DNA of 64,000 nt from Christensenellales bacterium (GCA_045130665.1 JBGUQC010000004.1:635217-699216), one strand, 5' to 3'; shown: positions 29,801 through 39,285, numbered from the stretch's first letter. The notes: generated by a model not told the origin, from the letters alone. A program made the numbers and translations.

Positions 29801-31186
29801 ATAATAAATTTTGACACCTTTTGTTTCAAAATCTGCATAAGAAATTACATCGTTTGGAGTTGTTCCATCTTTATAAACACCTGTTATGACAAGTCCATCA
29901 AGTGAAACACCTGTTGCACCAGCTGTATAAGAATTAGCAGTTGGTTGACTTGATACAGTTAATGATTCAAGAACACTTTCCTTTTCTGCTACTGTAACAG
30001 AGAATGTTGCTGTCTTGCCTTGATATTTTACTGTAATAACTTTTGTGCCGGCTGTTGTTGTTAATGCATCAAAATTAATTGCTGCATCATTTGCGTTTAC
30101 GCACTCAACACCGAATGCTGTTAATGATATTTCTTGAGGTGCACTTCCTGCATATGCTACATTAACCTTAACATCAGCAAAATCATCTATTGAAATCTCA
30201 TCATCAACAACATAGTTGAGTTGAACACCTGTTGTTACTAATGAAATAGATTCAACATATGTTGCAACTTGAATAGCTATATCCTTTTCACCATCAACAT
30301 TTTGATATGATGCTTTTGCGGTAACAATCTTTGTTCCAGAGGATGATGTTAAACTATTGGAATCAGTTAATTCTACAGAACCAAGATAGAAAGTTACAGC
30401 AATGTTGTTAACTTTTGTTCCACTTCTATAGATTGCAGATGCTGAAATTGTATTAAACGCAACTGGATCGCCAACTTTATAGTTTGTTTTGAAGTTATTT
30501 GGAACATTTATTGCAACTTCATCCAATACATCATTGACTGTTATTGTAAATGAATCAGTTGATTTAACAGTACCATAACGTACCTTAATTGCTTTTGAAC
30601 CAACTTCATCTGTGATTCTAGACAAGTTACTTAATGATATAATTTCTGCGTCATCAATTACGAATGAGAGGTTTGAATCTGTAAGAGCAATTACTCTCTT
30701 ATCATATCCATCATATACTGCTTTAATTACTAGGCCTTCGAATGATACGGCATCTTTAACATTGTATTGCGTTTTAAATGTTGATGATGGCGGATCGATT
30801 TCAACACCAGTTAAAACAGCAATATGTTTCTCATTGACTTTAATTGTGACACTTCTAACAATGTTAGAATACTTAATTTCAACAATTTTTGTTCCAATTG
30901 ATTCGGTAATTTTGGATAACTCGTCAAGAGAAATCTGCTCACCATCAACTTTAATTGTAACTTTATCAAGAGGAATTGCTTCTTGAGAGCCATCTGAGAA
31001 TGTGGCATACATTTTGATTTTTGTTAAATCAACTTGATCACCAACTTCATAAGTCTTTGCGAATTCTTCAAAGTCTACTACAAAATCTTGCATTTGATAT
31101 TTACCGCCATTACATGCTGTAAATGCGGTGGAACATACTAATACAAGTAGTAAGACAATAAACAATATACCTATTTTATGTCTCAT
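26831..31186 (-). CDS. Large surface lipoprotein: signal peptide/lipobox, ~8 tandem Ig-like repeats, ~670-aa C-terminal domain (beta-helix-like)
   Basis: MRHKIGILFIVLLLVLVCSTAFTAC|NGG is a lipobox. A repeated ~85-100-aa module carries Y.VGD...F.GL.V.A.Y.DG and ends in ..G.K.V.V.Y.....F.V.V. Confidence 0.7.
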   Translation of the reverse strand: MRHKIGILFIVLLLVLVCSTAFTACNGGKYQMQDFVVDFEEFAKTYEVGDQVDLTKIKMYATFSDGSQEAIPLDKVTIKVDGEQISLDELSKITESIGTKIVEIKYSNIVRSVTIKVNEKHIAVLTGVEIDPPSSTFKTQYNVKDAVSFEGLVIKAVYDGYDKRVIALTDSNLSFVIDDAEIISLSNLSRITDEVGSKAIKVRYGTVKSTDSFTITVNDVLDEVAINVPNNFKTNYKVGDPVAFNTISASAIYRSGTKVNNIAVTFYLGSVELTDSNSLTSSSGTKIVTAKASYQNVDGEKDIAIQVATYVESISLVTTGVQLNYVVDDEISIDDFADVKVNVAYAGSAPQEISLTAFGVECVNANDAAINFDALTTTAGTKVITVKYQGKTATFSVTVAEKESVLESLTVSSQPTANSYTAGATGVSLDGLVITGVYKDGTTPNDVISYADFETKGVKIYYNDALVTSLDNLTKIAPIGANSVAVNINYLNKTTSFNLTITNNVTDLQVVSEPTKVAYLVEEDVDFDGLVVKAIKNFGEEEIAYGALAFYNGSVDVTTNLNAFTATAGQKTVTIKFEGKEISFNINVTDYVLSLSLQGTTSFETNVNKTEGSVFTNFAGLQVYANYKSGTSQLVESGYTFSGNSITVPGTKTVTVAYAGVENNGITLVVKDILNSIQVDPTSIPTKIVKNGEVEKFLIALRVLGNYEYKGQEEINILQNDGQSFLYGVVSFELKVEGNYQSLTQLELDNIALVSGNREVKINYLYNGYTRSAEFVINVLVSGNGVDEFSLPQSLVKYNATLAYGRANQDNVNSQAFEGALFVNDHEDYIVGNDNPYRFVPTFNQIDIINATKTTLTSFAASSTIYLVDGSNATPLDATKTGTYTIEWSHGGVKYLTETTNENKYQFTTAAENKSFKLSVLPDPNEFVYDPDDINPVEWTVKVVKGYNIYDSREICLLEQPSDATRNQTTSKYPNGRKFWDSIKSELGLTGKRYSSIILHDNLVVTKDALPQEFWFTLPSNYNVYYKYGDTKYRPEDVPTELGGPLERSFLWDQEWGLLQYDMQNGEDFSIHGNFFDIDLSKLPLVCSFEPSGIEHPDGRDAYYMDYMSKISFLDVRGWDVRYENGVNQGWRYLTDLGETPTESEENDELFSFDNFMVRGNASPKQLLLDGSTTMSEGMADNPVYGGGIIFVKTHFCHSNLYNINANSCFISFFSRDYTVCHYEKLKSYDSYLNAIYALGETEVNVKNCHFKRAGGPLMIVTQQTDDLKNDGALNTSDYIEIPRVIIDSNSKLENFITGEEVWFDIFAPGQVPTLKALDGLLNGYFHKTFLQNNKFNLICVSSQGQCYVSYQGDALNRISAVGEEPATTYDSIAYWNQIGPPAFSVGNAMCIAVPQDETYVLRNAEYTELSQEAGYATIQAFSVPHNYICIHVGSGGEALGIFTGLFDYAG
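28847..31084 (-). repeat. Protein-level tandem repeat array (about 8 diverged Ig-like modules)
   Basis: Repeat boundaries read from the translation, at aa ~35-118, 122-217, 218-308, 309-398, 402-500, 503-590, 591-672 and 673-780. The repeats are diverged at the DNA level. Confidence 0.55.
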
Positions 31187-31210
31187 GGTTTAATCTCCTT
31201 TTTTTTTGTT

Positions 31211-31708
31211 TTATACTTTTAACGATATTCCAATATCTGCTCTTACGGTTGAACCATCGTGTGATGTGATGATAATTGAAATAGTTTTTGGCTTTAAAAA
31301 GACGAATTCATATGTTTCTTCGTCAAAATATACTGACCCTTCTACTGCATTTTTATCATATGCGAATGTTAACTCCTTATTTGAAGCATTGTAAGGGACT
31401 ATTGTATATAATATTTTTATTCTATTAGGGTTAGATTCTAGACTTTCTGGTGACATATCATATGTGCCTGGCATAAAATAGCCAGCATAGTGATCAGTTT
31501 CTTTACCAGAACCATCACTTAATCTAACTACTAATTTATATTTTGCATCAACAGATTCATCTCGATTTGTAAACTCAAATCCAGATACCTCTATTGAAGA
31601 AATGTAGATATTACCCTGCATTTCAACAACTCTAAGGCCAAAGAACTGGACTATTAAAATAGACGCAATATAAGCAACAAATATAGCAAGAATTACTGTC
31701 TTCTTCAT
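31211..31708 (-). CDS. Small membrane-anchored extracytoplasmic protein
   Basis: 165 aa with an N-terminal TM helix followed by a beta-rich domain. Its start lies 2 nt after the stop of the upstream permease gene. Confidence 0.5.
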   Translation of the reverse strand: MKKTVILAIFVAYIASILIVQFFGLRVVEMQGNIYISSIEVSGFEFTNRDESVDAKYKLVVRLSDGSGKETDHYAGYFMPGTYDMSPESLESNPNRIKILYTIVPYNASNKELTFAYDKNAVEGSVYFDEETYEFVFLKPKTISIIITSHDGSTVRADIGISLKV

Positions 31709-31709
31709 A

Positions 31710-33389
31710 TTACGTCTCCTTGTAATATACTTTTATTCGTAAGAAATAGAAGTAAATTTTTATAACCATATACACAAATGCAACAGCAATAATTTTATAC
31801 CAAGCTGTTCTAGAATTTTCCATTGCAAGGAACATCCAAAATCCTGCAAATACCAATGATAAAACGAATGTCATTATAATTGATTTGTTTTCATTTGGAT
31901 TATTGGCTTGCGAAGCAAATGTAGCATATTGTTGAGCTTGTGAATTCATAATGTCATATTGTGCACTTCCAAATAAATGTGCCACAAATAAGAAGAATAT
32001 GATAAATGTAAATAATGTGTATTCCCCTGCACTTACTGCGTGATAGAACGAATAAACAACAGTACTTGTTATTAATCCAATAATACCAATCACTAAATTA
32101 ACTGTAAGTTTTGCAAATAACAATTTACCATAATTTGATGGTTGTAATTTATTTAGATATGCTGATGATCCATCCTTACTATATGCACTTGCCATACGAA
32201 TATTAGCAGATAGCATAAATAGCAACACAATAAACATATTAAAGCAAACTGTCAATTGTGTTCCCAAGAACTTGGTATTCATTGCATTATACAAACTATT
32301 TAATAATGCTACAGCAAGTGGCATAACTATTAACAATTCGACAACCAGTGTCGTAATAGTGTTATCTCTTAGTGCAAGTACCCATTCTTTTTTAGTAACA
32401 GCAAGGAATGGTGAAAGTTTCTTTTCCTTTCTTATCTTTGCATTCATGTTCTTTTTATATTCAAATGGTTTGGATGCCATATCATAGAATAATGGTTTAG
32501 ATAAAACAAAGCACAATACTCCCAATAATCCAATTGAACCAAATAATCCAAGAAGAATAAATATCGTACTTACGCTAAACATATTGGTTGCCATATATTT
32601 ACCAACCATTAATTCAACCAACCATTTAAATGGCAACATGATATTTTGGAAATCACTTAAGAAACCTTTAATTTGGAAGAATGTTGTTCCCCATGTTTCT
32701 TTAAAGTTAATATCTGGTGGAATAATAGAAATTAAATATGCTGCAAGAGCTATAATACCAGCAACTCCGATAATAACCAATGCATACATTACAAACTTGA
32801 CTTTCTTTAGGGCTTGATAAATATACATAGCTGGAATCGAAATCAAAGCACCTAAAAGTACTGGTAATGTAACAATAAACAAGAACATTATTATCATCCA
32901 AAGATAATAATAAATTGGCATATTAACATTTATTCCATATCCTATAAACAATGGAATTAAGAATAAAGCGTTTTTCTTAAGTTCATTAACATAGTGCACT
33001 AATAATTTAGACGTAAAGACAATCGATGGTGTTGTTGGAAGTGTTAGTAGTACAAAATTATCTCTTGAGAAATATAAAGACTTTACAAGACTAATGGTTG
33101 TAAATATTAGAGACAATAAGAACATTAAAGTAAAAATCACAACCAATACTGAGGTTGGGAATTTACCACTTAAATCAAATATTTTTAATCTCATTGCTAT
33201 GTTGATAAGGAAATAACATGCAACAACTACAAGTGCAAACCCAATTAAGAAGAATGATAATGATAATAACGACTTCTTTGGATGAGCCTTAAAAGAGAAA
33301 TTCATTTTCTCTTTCAATTGCATTATTGTCAAATTCATCAACGATGAGAATGATTTTTTTATAGATGTTTTGATTTGTTCTTTTTCCAT
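31710..33389 (-). CDS. Polytopic membrane protein, putative ABC exporter permease
   Basis: 559 aa with at least 10 hydrophobic segments. It starts 4 nt after the ABC ATPase fusion gene. Confidence 0.6.
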   Translation of the reverse strand: MEKEQIKTSIKKSFSSLMNLTIMQLKEKMNFSFKAHPKKSLLSLSFFLIGFALVVVACYFLINIAMRLKIFDLSGKFPTSVLVVIFTLMFLLSLIFTTISLVKSLYFSRDNFVLLTLPTTPSIVFTSKLLVHYVNELKKNALFLIPLFIGYGINVNMPIYYYLWMIIMFLFIVTLPVLLGALISIPAMYIYQALKKVKFVMYALVIIGVAGIIALAAYLISIIPPDINFKETWGTTFFQIKGFLSDFQNIMLPFKWLVELMVGKYMATNMFSVSTIFILLGLFGSIGLLGVLCFVLSKPLFYDMASKPFEYKKNMNAKIRKEKKLSPFLAVTKKEWVLALRDNTITTLVVELLIVMPLAVALLNSLYNAMNTKFLGTQLTVCFNMFIVLLFMLSANIRMASAYSKDGSSAYLNKLQPSNYGKLLFAKLTVNLVIGIIGLITSTVVYSFYHAVSAGEYTLFTFIIFFLFVAHLFGSAQYDIMNSQAQQYATFASQANNPNENKSIIMTFVLSLVFAGFWMFLAMENSRTAWYKIIAVAFVYMVIKIYFYFLRIKVYYKET

Positions 33390-33392
33390 CTT

Positions 33393-35798
33393 TTATTCTT
33401 TTTCTTTTTGATCATCATCTGTGTCAACGTTTTGAAGTTGATCACTTTCATTGTTCTCAGTAACACCTACCATCTCAGATTCATCTTTTACTGAATCTTC
33501 TTCGACGATTTCGCCTTTGGCTTTCTTTTTATTTTTTCTATGCTCTTTTTTTGCTTCCATGAAAGATACATCCACTTCCCTTTCGACTGTAGAACTCTCA
33601 ATAGTTGTTCTATAGAATTCTTCAAGAGGTGTTCCACTTTCTTCTATTTCTTTAACATCTGCTGTACATATAATATGTCCATTTTTGATGATTGCAATCT
33701 TGTCACAAATCTTTTCTACAACATCAATAATGTGTGATGAGAAGAAAACGATATTACCTGCTGCAGCATGTTGTTTCATTGTTTCCTTTACTTGGAAGAT
33801 ACTATCTGGATCCAAACCTGTTAAAGGTTCATCAAGAATCCATACTTTTGGATTGTGAACTAATGCAGACATAATGGTTATTTTTTGTTTCATACCATGA
33901 GAGTAAGTCTTAATAGGATTTTCAAATGAACCATGAAGTTGGAATCTTTCTACAAACTCATCAATTCTCTTATTTCTTTCTTCAATATCTACGCCATAAA
34001 GGTTAGCAATATAGTTGATATATTCTCTACCAGATAAATTCTCATATAAGGCGTAATGATCTGGAACAAAACCAATTTGTAATTTTGCTTGTACAGATTG
34101 TTTTTCGACATCAAAACCACACACTTCAATAGTTCCTGATGTAATTGTTTGTATTCCTACAACACTCTTAATAATTGTGGACTTACCTGCACCATTTGGT
34201 CCAAGGAATCCAAAAATTTGTCCGCCATCTATTTCAAGATTTGCATCTTTAACGGCATAAACATTACTTGTGGAATACTTTTTACTAAAATTATTTAATA
34301 TTAGTTTATTTACTCCTGCTTCGTTCATAGGTTCGTTTTTATTCCTTCCTTTTAAACTTTCTTCCAAAATCTGCATGTCTGATTTATATTTTTTATTACG
34401 TTTAAATACATCTGCAATATTATCTTCTATTTGGAACATAACCAAATAGACATACCACATTAAGAAACTAACACCAACATATACGCTAAAGAATATTGCT
34501 TGATATGCTGGATAGAACACCATCGGTGTTCCCCATTTTGTAGGAATTTCTATTGTGATTAATCTTAATTCTTTTGCTCCAGCGCCAAACTTACTTGCAA
34601 TAAAGTCACTATTTATAAAGAAGAAGTCTGTTGGATTCAATGGTGTTTTTGACGTGAAATATGCATTAACAATCAATACTAATGCAAAGTATCCCGCAAA
34701 TCCCGCAATTGAATATCCCATTTCCTTCATTTTTGGTCTATCATAAAGATGGAATACCATTATCAAAATTGGCATAAAGAATGCATCATAATGGTTAATC
34801 CAGAATCTAACGTTACCATAAGTAAATAGGAACTCATCACTTCCAAGGTTTGGCAATAAAATAGCCATTAATGCACCAAATACATTGATAAAGAATGTAA
34901 AGTAATAGAAATGCTTAACTTTAAATATCAAGCAAATAGGCACCATATAAACAGCTAAGTTACATAAATGGAATGGATATGATCTTAAATTTATTAAATC
35001 CGGGAATTCATAGCTCGCACTATACGAAATACAAATTGCTAGACTCATAAATAACAAAACATAGCGCTTATGTTCATAATCTTTGTCATAGAACATAAAG
35101 GCCATAATAATAGGAACTATAAATGCACCATATATAATCATTCTATGAGCAAAGTTAAAATCTTCAACAATAAAGTGTCCTGGACCTTTGCCAAATAATA
35201 CTTGGAATGTAAACATTGGTATGGCCACTAGGAACATTCCTAATAAACAAGCGAAATATATTCCTGCACCCTTCCATGAGAAGAATGTTCTATATTCTTT
35301 CATCCAAACTGCACAACAAAGTGTTAATGCAAGAGCAACTTCTAGAGCAAAGAATATACCGCCCATATGGAATGTGTTTAAAGCTTCTGCAGTAAATGAT
35401 GCTTGTATTTGCATATTTATTGTTGCGAAGTTGATTAAATATATAGGAGTTGCAGCAAACTTTACCAAATGCTTTAAAATAATAATATGATTTTTAAAGA
35501 ATGGATATGTTTGTAATAAAACAATGGACATACATGTAAGCCAGAACATAAACAATGTAAACACTGTTTGTGTTTGACCATATATACCAAATGGCGAGAA
35601 TATATTTATTCCGATTGTCTTCTTAATAGCAATTGTGTCACTTAAATATCTACATACAAACATGAGTGTAAATAAAAGTGCCAATCCTTTTAATATCCAT
35701 GACTTTGCTTTCTCATTCTTAACAAACTTATCTAGCACGATATACAATCCGATAAAGAAGACTGTAGCACATGCAGCTATAATGTAATAATATGGCAT
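33393..35798 (-). CDS. Fusion of a ~480-aa polytopic membrane domain with an ABC-2-type ATPase and an acidic tail
   Basis: The C-terminal half has Walker A GPNGAGKST, signature YSHGMKQK and Walker B VWILDEPLTGLD. The N-terminal half is about 12 TM segments. Start is the ATG at 35798, 9 nt after AAGGAGG. Confidence 0.75.
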   Translation of the reverse strand: MPYYYIIAACATVFFIGLYIVLDKFVKNEKAKSWILKGLALLFTLMFVCRYLSDTIAIKKTIGINIFSPFGIYGQTQTVFTLFMFWLTCMSIVLLQTYPFFKNHIIILKHLVKFAATPIYLINFATINMQIQASFTAEALNTFHMGGIFFALEVALALTLCCAVWMKEYRTFFSWKGAGIYFACLLGMFLVAIPMFTFQVLFGKGPGHFIVEDFNFAHRMIIYGAFIVPIIMAFMFYDKDYEHKRYVLLFMSLAICISYSASYEFPDLINLRSYPFHLCNLAVYMVPICLIFKVKHFYYFTFFINVFGALMAILLPNLGSDEFLFTYGNVRFWINHYDAFFMPILIMVFHLYDRPKMKEMGYSIAGFAGYFALVLIVNAYFTSKTPLNPTDFFFINSDFIASKFGAGAKELRLITIEIPTKWGTPMVFYPAYQAIFFSVYVGVSFLMWYVYLVMFQIEDNIADVFKRNKKYKSDMQILEESLKGRNKNEPMNEAGVNKLILNNFSKKYSTSNVYAVKDANLEIDGGQIFGFLGPNGAGKSTIIKSVVGIQTITSGTIEVCGFDVEKQSVQAKLQIGFVPDHYALYENLSGREYINYIANLYGVDIEERNKRIDEFVERFQLHGSFENPIKTYSHGMKQKITIMSALVHNPKVWILDEPLTGLDPDSIFQVKETMKQHAAAGNIVFFSSHIIDVVEKICDKIAIIKNGHIICTADVKEIEESGTPLEEFYRTTIESSTVEREVDVSFMEAKKEHRKNKKKAKGEIVEEDSVKDESEMVGVTENNESDQLQNVDTDDDQKEKE

Positions 35799-35996
35799 GT
35801 TATATATCCTCCTTATCTTTTGAAGACATAGCAAAAGAACAGAATGTATTTTCTGTGTTTATCTTGTTACTATTTAGTTCTTCTTTGATTGTGTTGAACA
35901 ACCTGTTTGTTGTTCTAACGTGTAAATTTGCTTCACTCATTTTTTTCTATATAAAAAAATCTCCTATTTTAATTTTTAATTAAAAATGGAGAAATT

Positions 35997-36464
35997 CTAT
36001 ATATTTAAACGAGTTACACCTGTAAAATTATCAAATATAATATTTGTTGAATCTTGATATGAATCAAAACTATATTGAATGTTTTCTGAATTTGAGTCCT
36101 TTCTTGCAATTCTTATTAACAATAAGAAACTCATTGCAATAACAATAGTAAATACAAATGAGGATGTAAATGTTAATGTAGAAAGAACACCAAGTGCATT
36201 AACAATAGCTGCGTTTGGTCCAACCATTTGAATTAGCATCTCTTTTGGTATTGCTCTTTCAAGAGTTAAAACACTTCCTACTGAACTTACTGAATTGCCT
36301 TCAGATAAAATGACTAACATAAATACGAAGGAGATTGGTGAAATGATACCAACAATAGATAAAAGCCATCTATTCTTAATGGTTTTTCTACTGCATAAAA
36401 CTATCGCTGTTAATACAACTATTACTGCGATAACTAGTGTGCAGATCAAAAATGTTGATACCAT
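35997..36464 (-). CDS. Small integral membrane protein (hypothetical)
   Basis: About 4 TM segments. I moved the start to MVSTF (ATG at 36464), which has AAGGAG upstream. Confidence 0.5.
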   Translation of the reverse strand: MVSTFLICTLVIAVIVVLTAIVLCSRKTIKNRWLLSIVGIISPISFVFMLVILSEGNSVSSVGSVLTLERAIPKEMLIQMVGPNAAIVNALGVLSTLTFTSSFVFTIVIAMSFLLLIRIARKDSNSENIQYSFDSYQDSTNIIFDNFTGVTRLNI

Positions 36465-36564
36465 ATATTGTGTTTTCTCCTTATTCAAGTTTGTGTAATT
36501 ATATCTTATATATAATATACGTGTCAAACTAATTTACACATTCTATGAATATATCACTTTATTA

Positions 36565-36590
36565 GAATGTTTTTTTGTGGATAATTGACC
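36565..36590. repeat. attL-like junction (left island boundary)
   Basis: GAATGTTTTTTTGTGGATAATTGACC is an imperfect direct repeat of 54969-54991. The shared core TTTTGTGG lies at 36573-36580. Confidence 0.55.
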
Positions 36591-36606
36591 AAAAAGTATC
36601 TACAAA

Positions 36607-38280
36607 TTATTTTCTATTTAATACAACAACTGTCTCAAAGCTCGAATCTTTTTCCCACAACACTTTGTTCACCTCTTCATTGTTTACATAGACGGGGAAA
36701 TTGAACTCGATGGACTTCAATGGTATCTTTGCTTCCTCGTCATTTGGATAGATTTGAACCTCTTTTATGAGATATGACACCAAATCCCGTCGTTCTTCCT
36801 CTGTCATTATATCATAGAATGCTCCGAAAGTCTTTAACATTTCATAGATATTTTCCACCGTCACCCGTTCTTTTTCGATAGACTCCTTACGCAAATTGGC
36901 ATCGTCAAGACAAGATTCGATTTCACTGATTGTATCATACAATGAATCAAGCCGTTTCGTCATATCTGCGATCTTTCTTTCGCGATGAGTTGCGTCCATC
37001 GGCATCGTGTCGATTTCGTGTTCCAACCGAGTTTTGTTAGCAATCACCTCTTTCAGCTTTTTCTCGTAATTGGCAATCTCAGTATCAATCTGCGTAGTGT
37101 CAATCTCCTGCGATATTCTGCGTTGCACTTCTTTTGCAAAAGTCTCGTTTGCAACAAGCAATTTGATTGCCTCGATAACCAGCGGCTCGATATCTGTCTT
37201 GCGGAGTTTGGCTTTATAATCGCACATCTTGCCGCGCTTCCCTCCGCTATGTCCGCAATAGTAATAGTAAACGTCTTTGTATGTCCCATCCCGATTCGTC
37301 CACTCGTGTCGATTACAATACATAATGCCGCCACATTTCGGACAGCGCAGTATTCCCGTTAAAAGATGGGAGCGTTCGCGCCCTTGCTTACACTCCCACT
37401 TTACTCCGGTAGCTATTCGTTTTTCACGAGCCTTGTTCCACATCTCTTCGCTGACGATCCCTTCGTGTTTGCCGTCACTCAAGATATAATCGTCGGTTTC
37501 AACTCTTCTGTATTCGGCTTTCGTGCCTTTCACTTTTTCTTTTGTCCGTCGTCCGAAGGCAATTTTTCCGCAATAAACCGGATTGTCCAAAATGATCTTA
37601 ATGAAATGCCCCGACCAGTCTTCTATCGAGTGCCTTTGATGCGGTCTCTTTTTAAAACCTTGCAAGTTCAGATATTTGGCTATTCCGCCGTAACCCGCTT
37701 TTGTATTTACAAAGCGGTCGTAAATCAAACGGACGATTTCCGCCTCTTTTTCGTCTATTACAAGTTCGTTATTGACAAGTTGGTAACCGAACGGCGGCGG
37801 ACCGCCGTTCCATTTACCTTGTCTTGCTTTTTCTTTACGTCCGTTCATCGTCTGTTCGAGAATATTCTCTCTTTCGATTTCAGCCACAGCCGAAAGAATC
37901 GAAATTAGCAATTTACCGCTCGTTTGAGATGAATCGATTCCTTCTTCTACGCATATCAGTTCTACGCCATACGACTGTATCAATTCCAAAGAGTTCAGAA
38001 TATCAGCGGCGTTTCTGCCAAATCGAGACAGTTTATAAACGATGACGTAATCAACGCCCAATCCGTTTTTAATATCGTTCAGCATCCTTTTGAATTCCGG
38101 ACGCCCTTCGATAGATTTACCGGATTTTCCTGCGTCTTCATATGCACCGACGTGTACCATTTCTTCCCGTTCGGCGTATCTCGTAATGCAATTGGCTTGT
38201 CCTTCCAAACTGTATCCATCTACCTGCATTTCGGTACTTACACGAAGATACATTACATACTTCTTGCCTTCTCTTCTCAT
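36607..38280 (-). CDS. Large serine recombinase (TnpX/TndX-like)
   Basis: N-terminal resolvase catalytic domain YLRVSTEMQ..GYSLEGQ...YKLSRFGRN. This is followed by a recombinase domain, the zinc-ribbon cysteines CPKCGG...C..C, and a C-terminal coiled coil. Confidence 0.9.
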   Translation of the reverse strand: MRREGKKYVMYLRVSTEMQVDGYSLEGQANCITRYAEREEMVHVGAYEDAGKSGKSIEGRPEFKRMLNDIKNGLGVDYVIVYKLSRFGRNAADILNSLELIQSYGVELICVEEGIDSSQTSGKLLISILSAVAEIERENILEQTMNGRKEKARQGKWNGGPPPFGYQLVNNELVIDEKEAEIVRLIYDRFVNTKAGYGGIAKYLNLQGFKKRPHQRHSIEDWSGHFIKIILDNPVYCGKIAFGRRTKEKVKGTKAEYRRVETDDYILSDGKHEGIVSEEMWNKAREKRIATGVKWECKQGRERSHLLTGILRCPKCGGIMYCNRHEWTNRDGTYKDVYYYYCGHSGGKRGKMCDYKAKLRKTDIEPLVIEAIKLLVANETFAKEVQRRISQEIDTTQIDTEIANYEKKLKEVIANKTRLEHEIDTMPMDATHRERKIADMTKRLDSLYDTISEIESCLDDANLRKESIEKERVTVENIYEMLKTFGAFYDIMTEEERRDLVSYLIKEVQIYPNDEEAKIPLKSIEFNFPVYVNNEEVNKVLWEKDSSFETVVVLNRK

Positions 38281-38525
38281 TCTTCCTCCTTGCGACTATC
38301 CGCACCTTGCATTACTTGTTTTCCATACTTTGAAACAATCCCTGCCAAAAACTGATAAAACGCATTTTCATATTCTTTTTGAATTTCTAATTCTGTCTTG
38401 TTCCCTTCCTGTTTTGTATCCAATATCCTTATTCGGACTTACTGCGAAACACTTATTTCGCGTCCTTATTGCTTTGAATACTATGTTCTCTCTTCATTGC
38501 TTTTCCTCCTTATTTTGAAAAGATT

Positions 38526-38822
38526 TTAAGTATTCGGTTTTTTCTTTTCGACATCCTCTAAACCGACAAAGTCTGTTTTTGCGGATTGTTTCTTATTCTT
38601 CGCGTCTGCGCCTGCCGCCATTTCTTTTAACTTCTCATATCCTGCGACAATCAACTGTACTTTGGTAAATCCGCTCGTTTTCAAGAAAGCGTTGATTTCT
38701 TCAAAAAGCGACCTCGGTATCATCGTTCCGAAATTTCCGCTCGTCTGCTTTCTCTTTTCTTTGTTTACTTCTTCGTACTTCCGTCTTGCCGTTCTCTGCG
38801 GTGTGTTCTCTTTCTTTTCCAT
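38526..38822 (-). CDS. Small basic protein with a ribbon-helix-helix-like core
   Basis: 98 aa. FGTMIPRSLFEEINAFLKTSGFTKVQLIVAGYEKLKE fits a strand-helix-helix pattern. AAGGAG RBS. The fold assignment is inference only. Confidence 0.4.
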   Translation of the reverse strand: MEKKENTPQRTARRKYEEVNKEKRKQTSGNFGTMIPRSLFEEINAFLKTSGFTKVQLIVAGYEKLKEMAAGADAKNKKQSAKTDFVGLEDVEKKKPNT

Positions 38823-38836
38823 CGGTCAATTCTCCT

Positions 38837-39199
38837 TTATTTAACGTATACAATCTCGTTTAAGATCTCTTCTTCGATAATCCGTCTTTTCTCTTCCTCT
38901 ACCTGCAAATCGTGCAGGAAGTTACCGTTCCTTTTATACTTCTCTTCTTGGGACAATTTTTCATACATTGCAGTCCACATTCTGTCTGCCGCGGCGTCTA
39001 CACCATGTAAGTATTCCGGTAAATCAACTATCGACCAATATTTTGCAACGTTATGTTCTTCGAGATACTTCTTCGCAAGCGTTCCGTACTTCCCGTAAAC
39101 GTGCTTAACCGGCTTGACAAGTCTTTGATATACCTGTATTTCTTCCACAGTCAAACCCATTCCGGCTTCGGCTTTTCTCATAATTTCTTGTTCGTTCAT
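38837..39199 (-). CDS. TnpV-like transposon protein
   Basis: YGKYGTLAKKYLEEHN...LPEYLHGVD.AA.....M...L....EEILNEIVY matches my recollection of the TnpV family (LGKYG...YL.EH...L...L..ID..A......M...EIVL.ELIY). Start is the ATG at 39199 after GGGAGG. Confidence 0.65.
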   Translation of the reverse strand: MNEQEIMRKAEAGMGLTVEEIQVYQRLVKPVKHVYGKYGTLAKKYLEEHNVAKYWSIVDLPEYLHGVDAAADRMWTAMYEKLSQEEKYKRNGNFLHDLQVEEEKRRIIEEEILNEIVYVK

Positions 39200-39285
39200 C
39201 GTCAACCTCCCATAAATGTTTAGTCGTATCAATACGATACAGTATATCTCTCGCTTTGTCAAGCTCTTTTTTCAACTTTCTTCAG

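Noticed and set aside
26831-35834. The ABC/lipoprotein cluster as a lantibiotic or bacteriocin export-immunity locus
   Set aside because: No small precursor-peptide ORF, modification enzyme, peptidase-domain ABC transporter or two-component regulator lies nearby. The large lipoprotein has its own Sec/lipobox signal.
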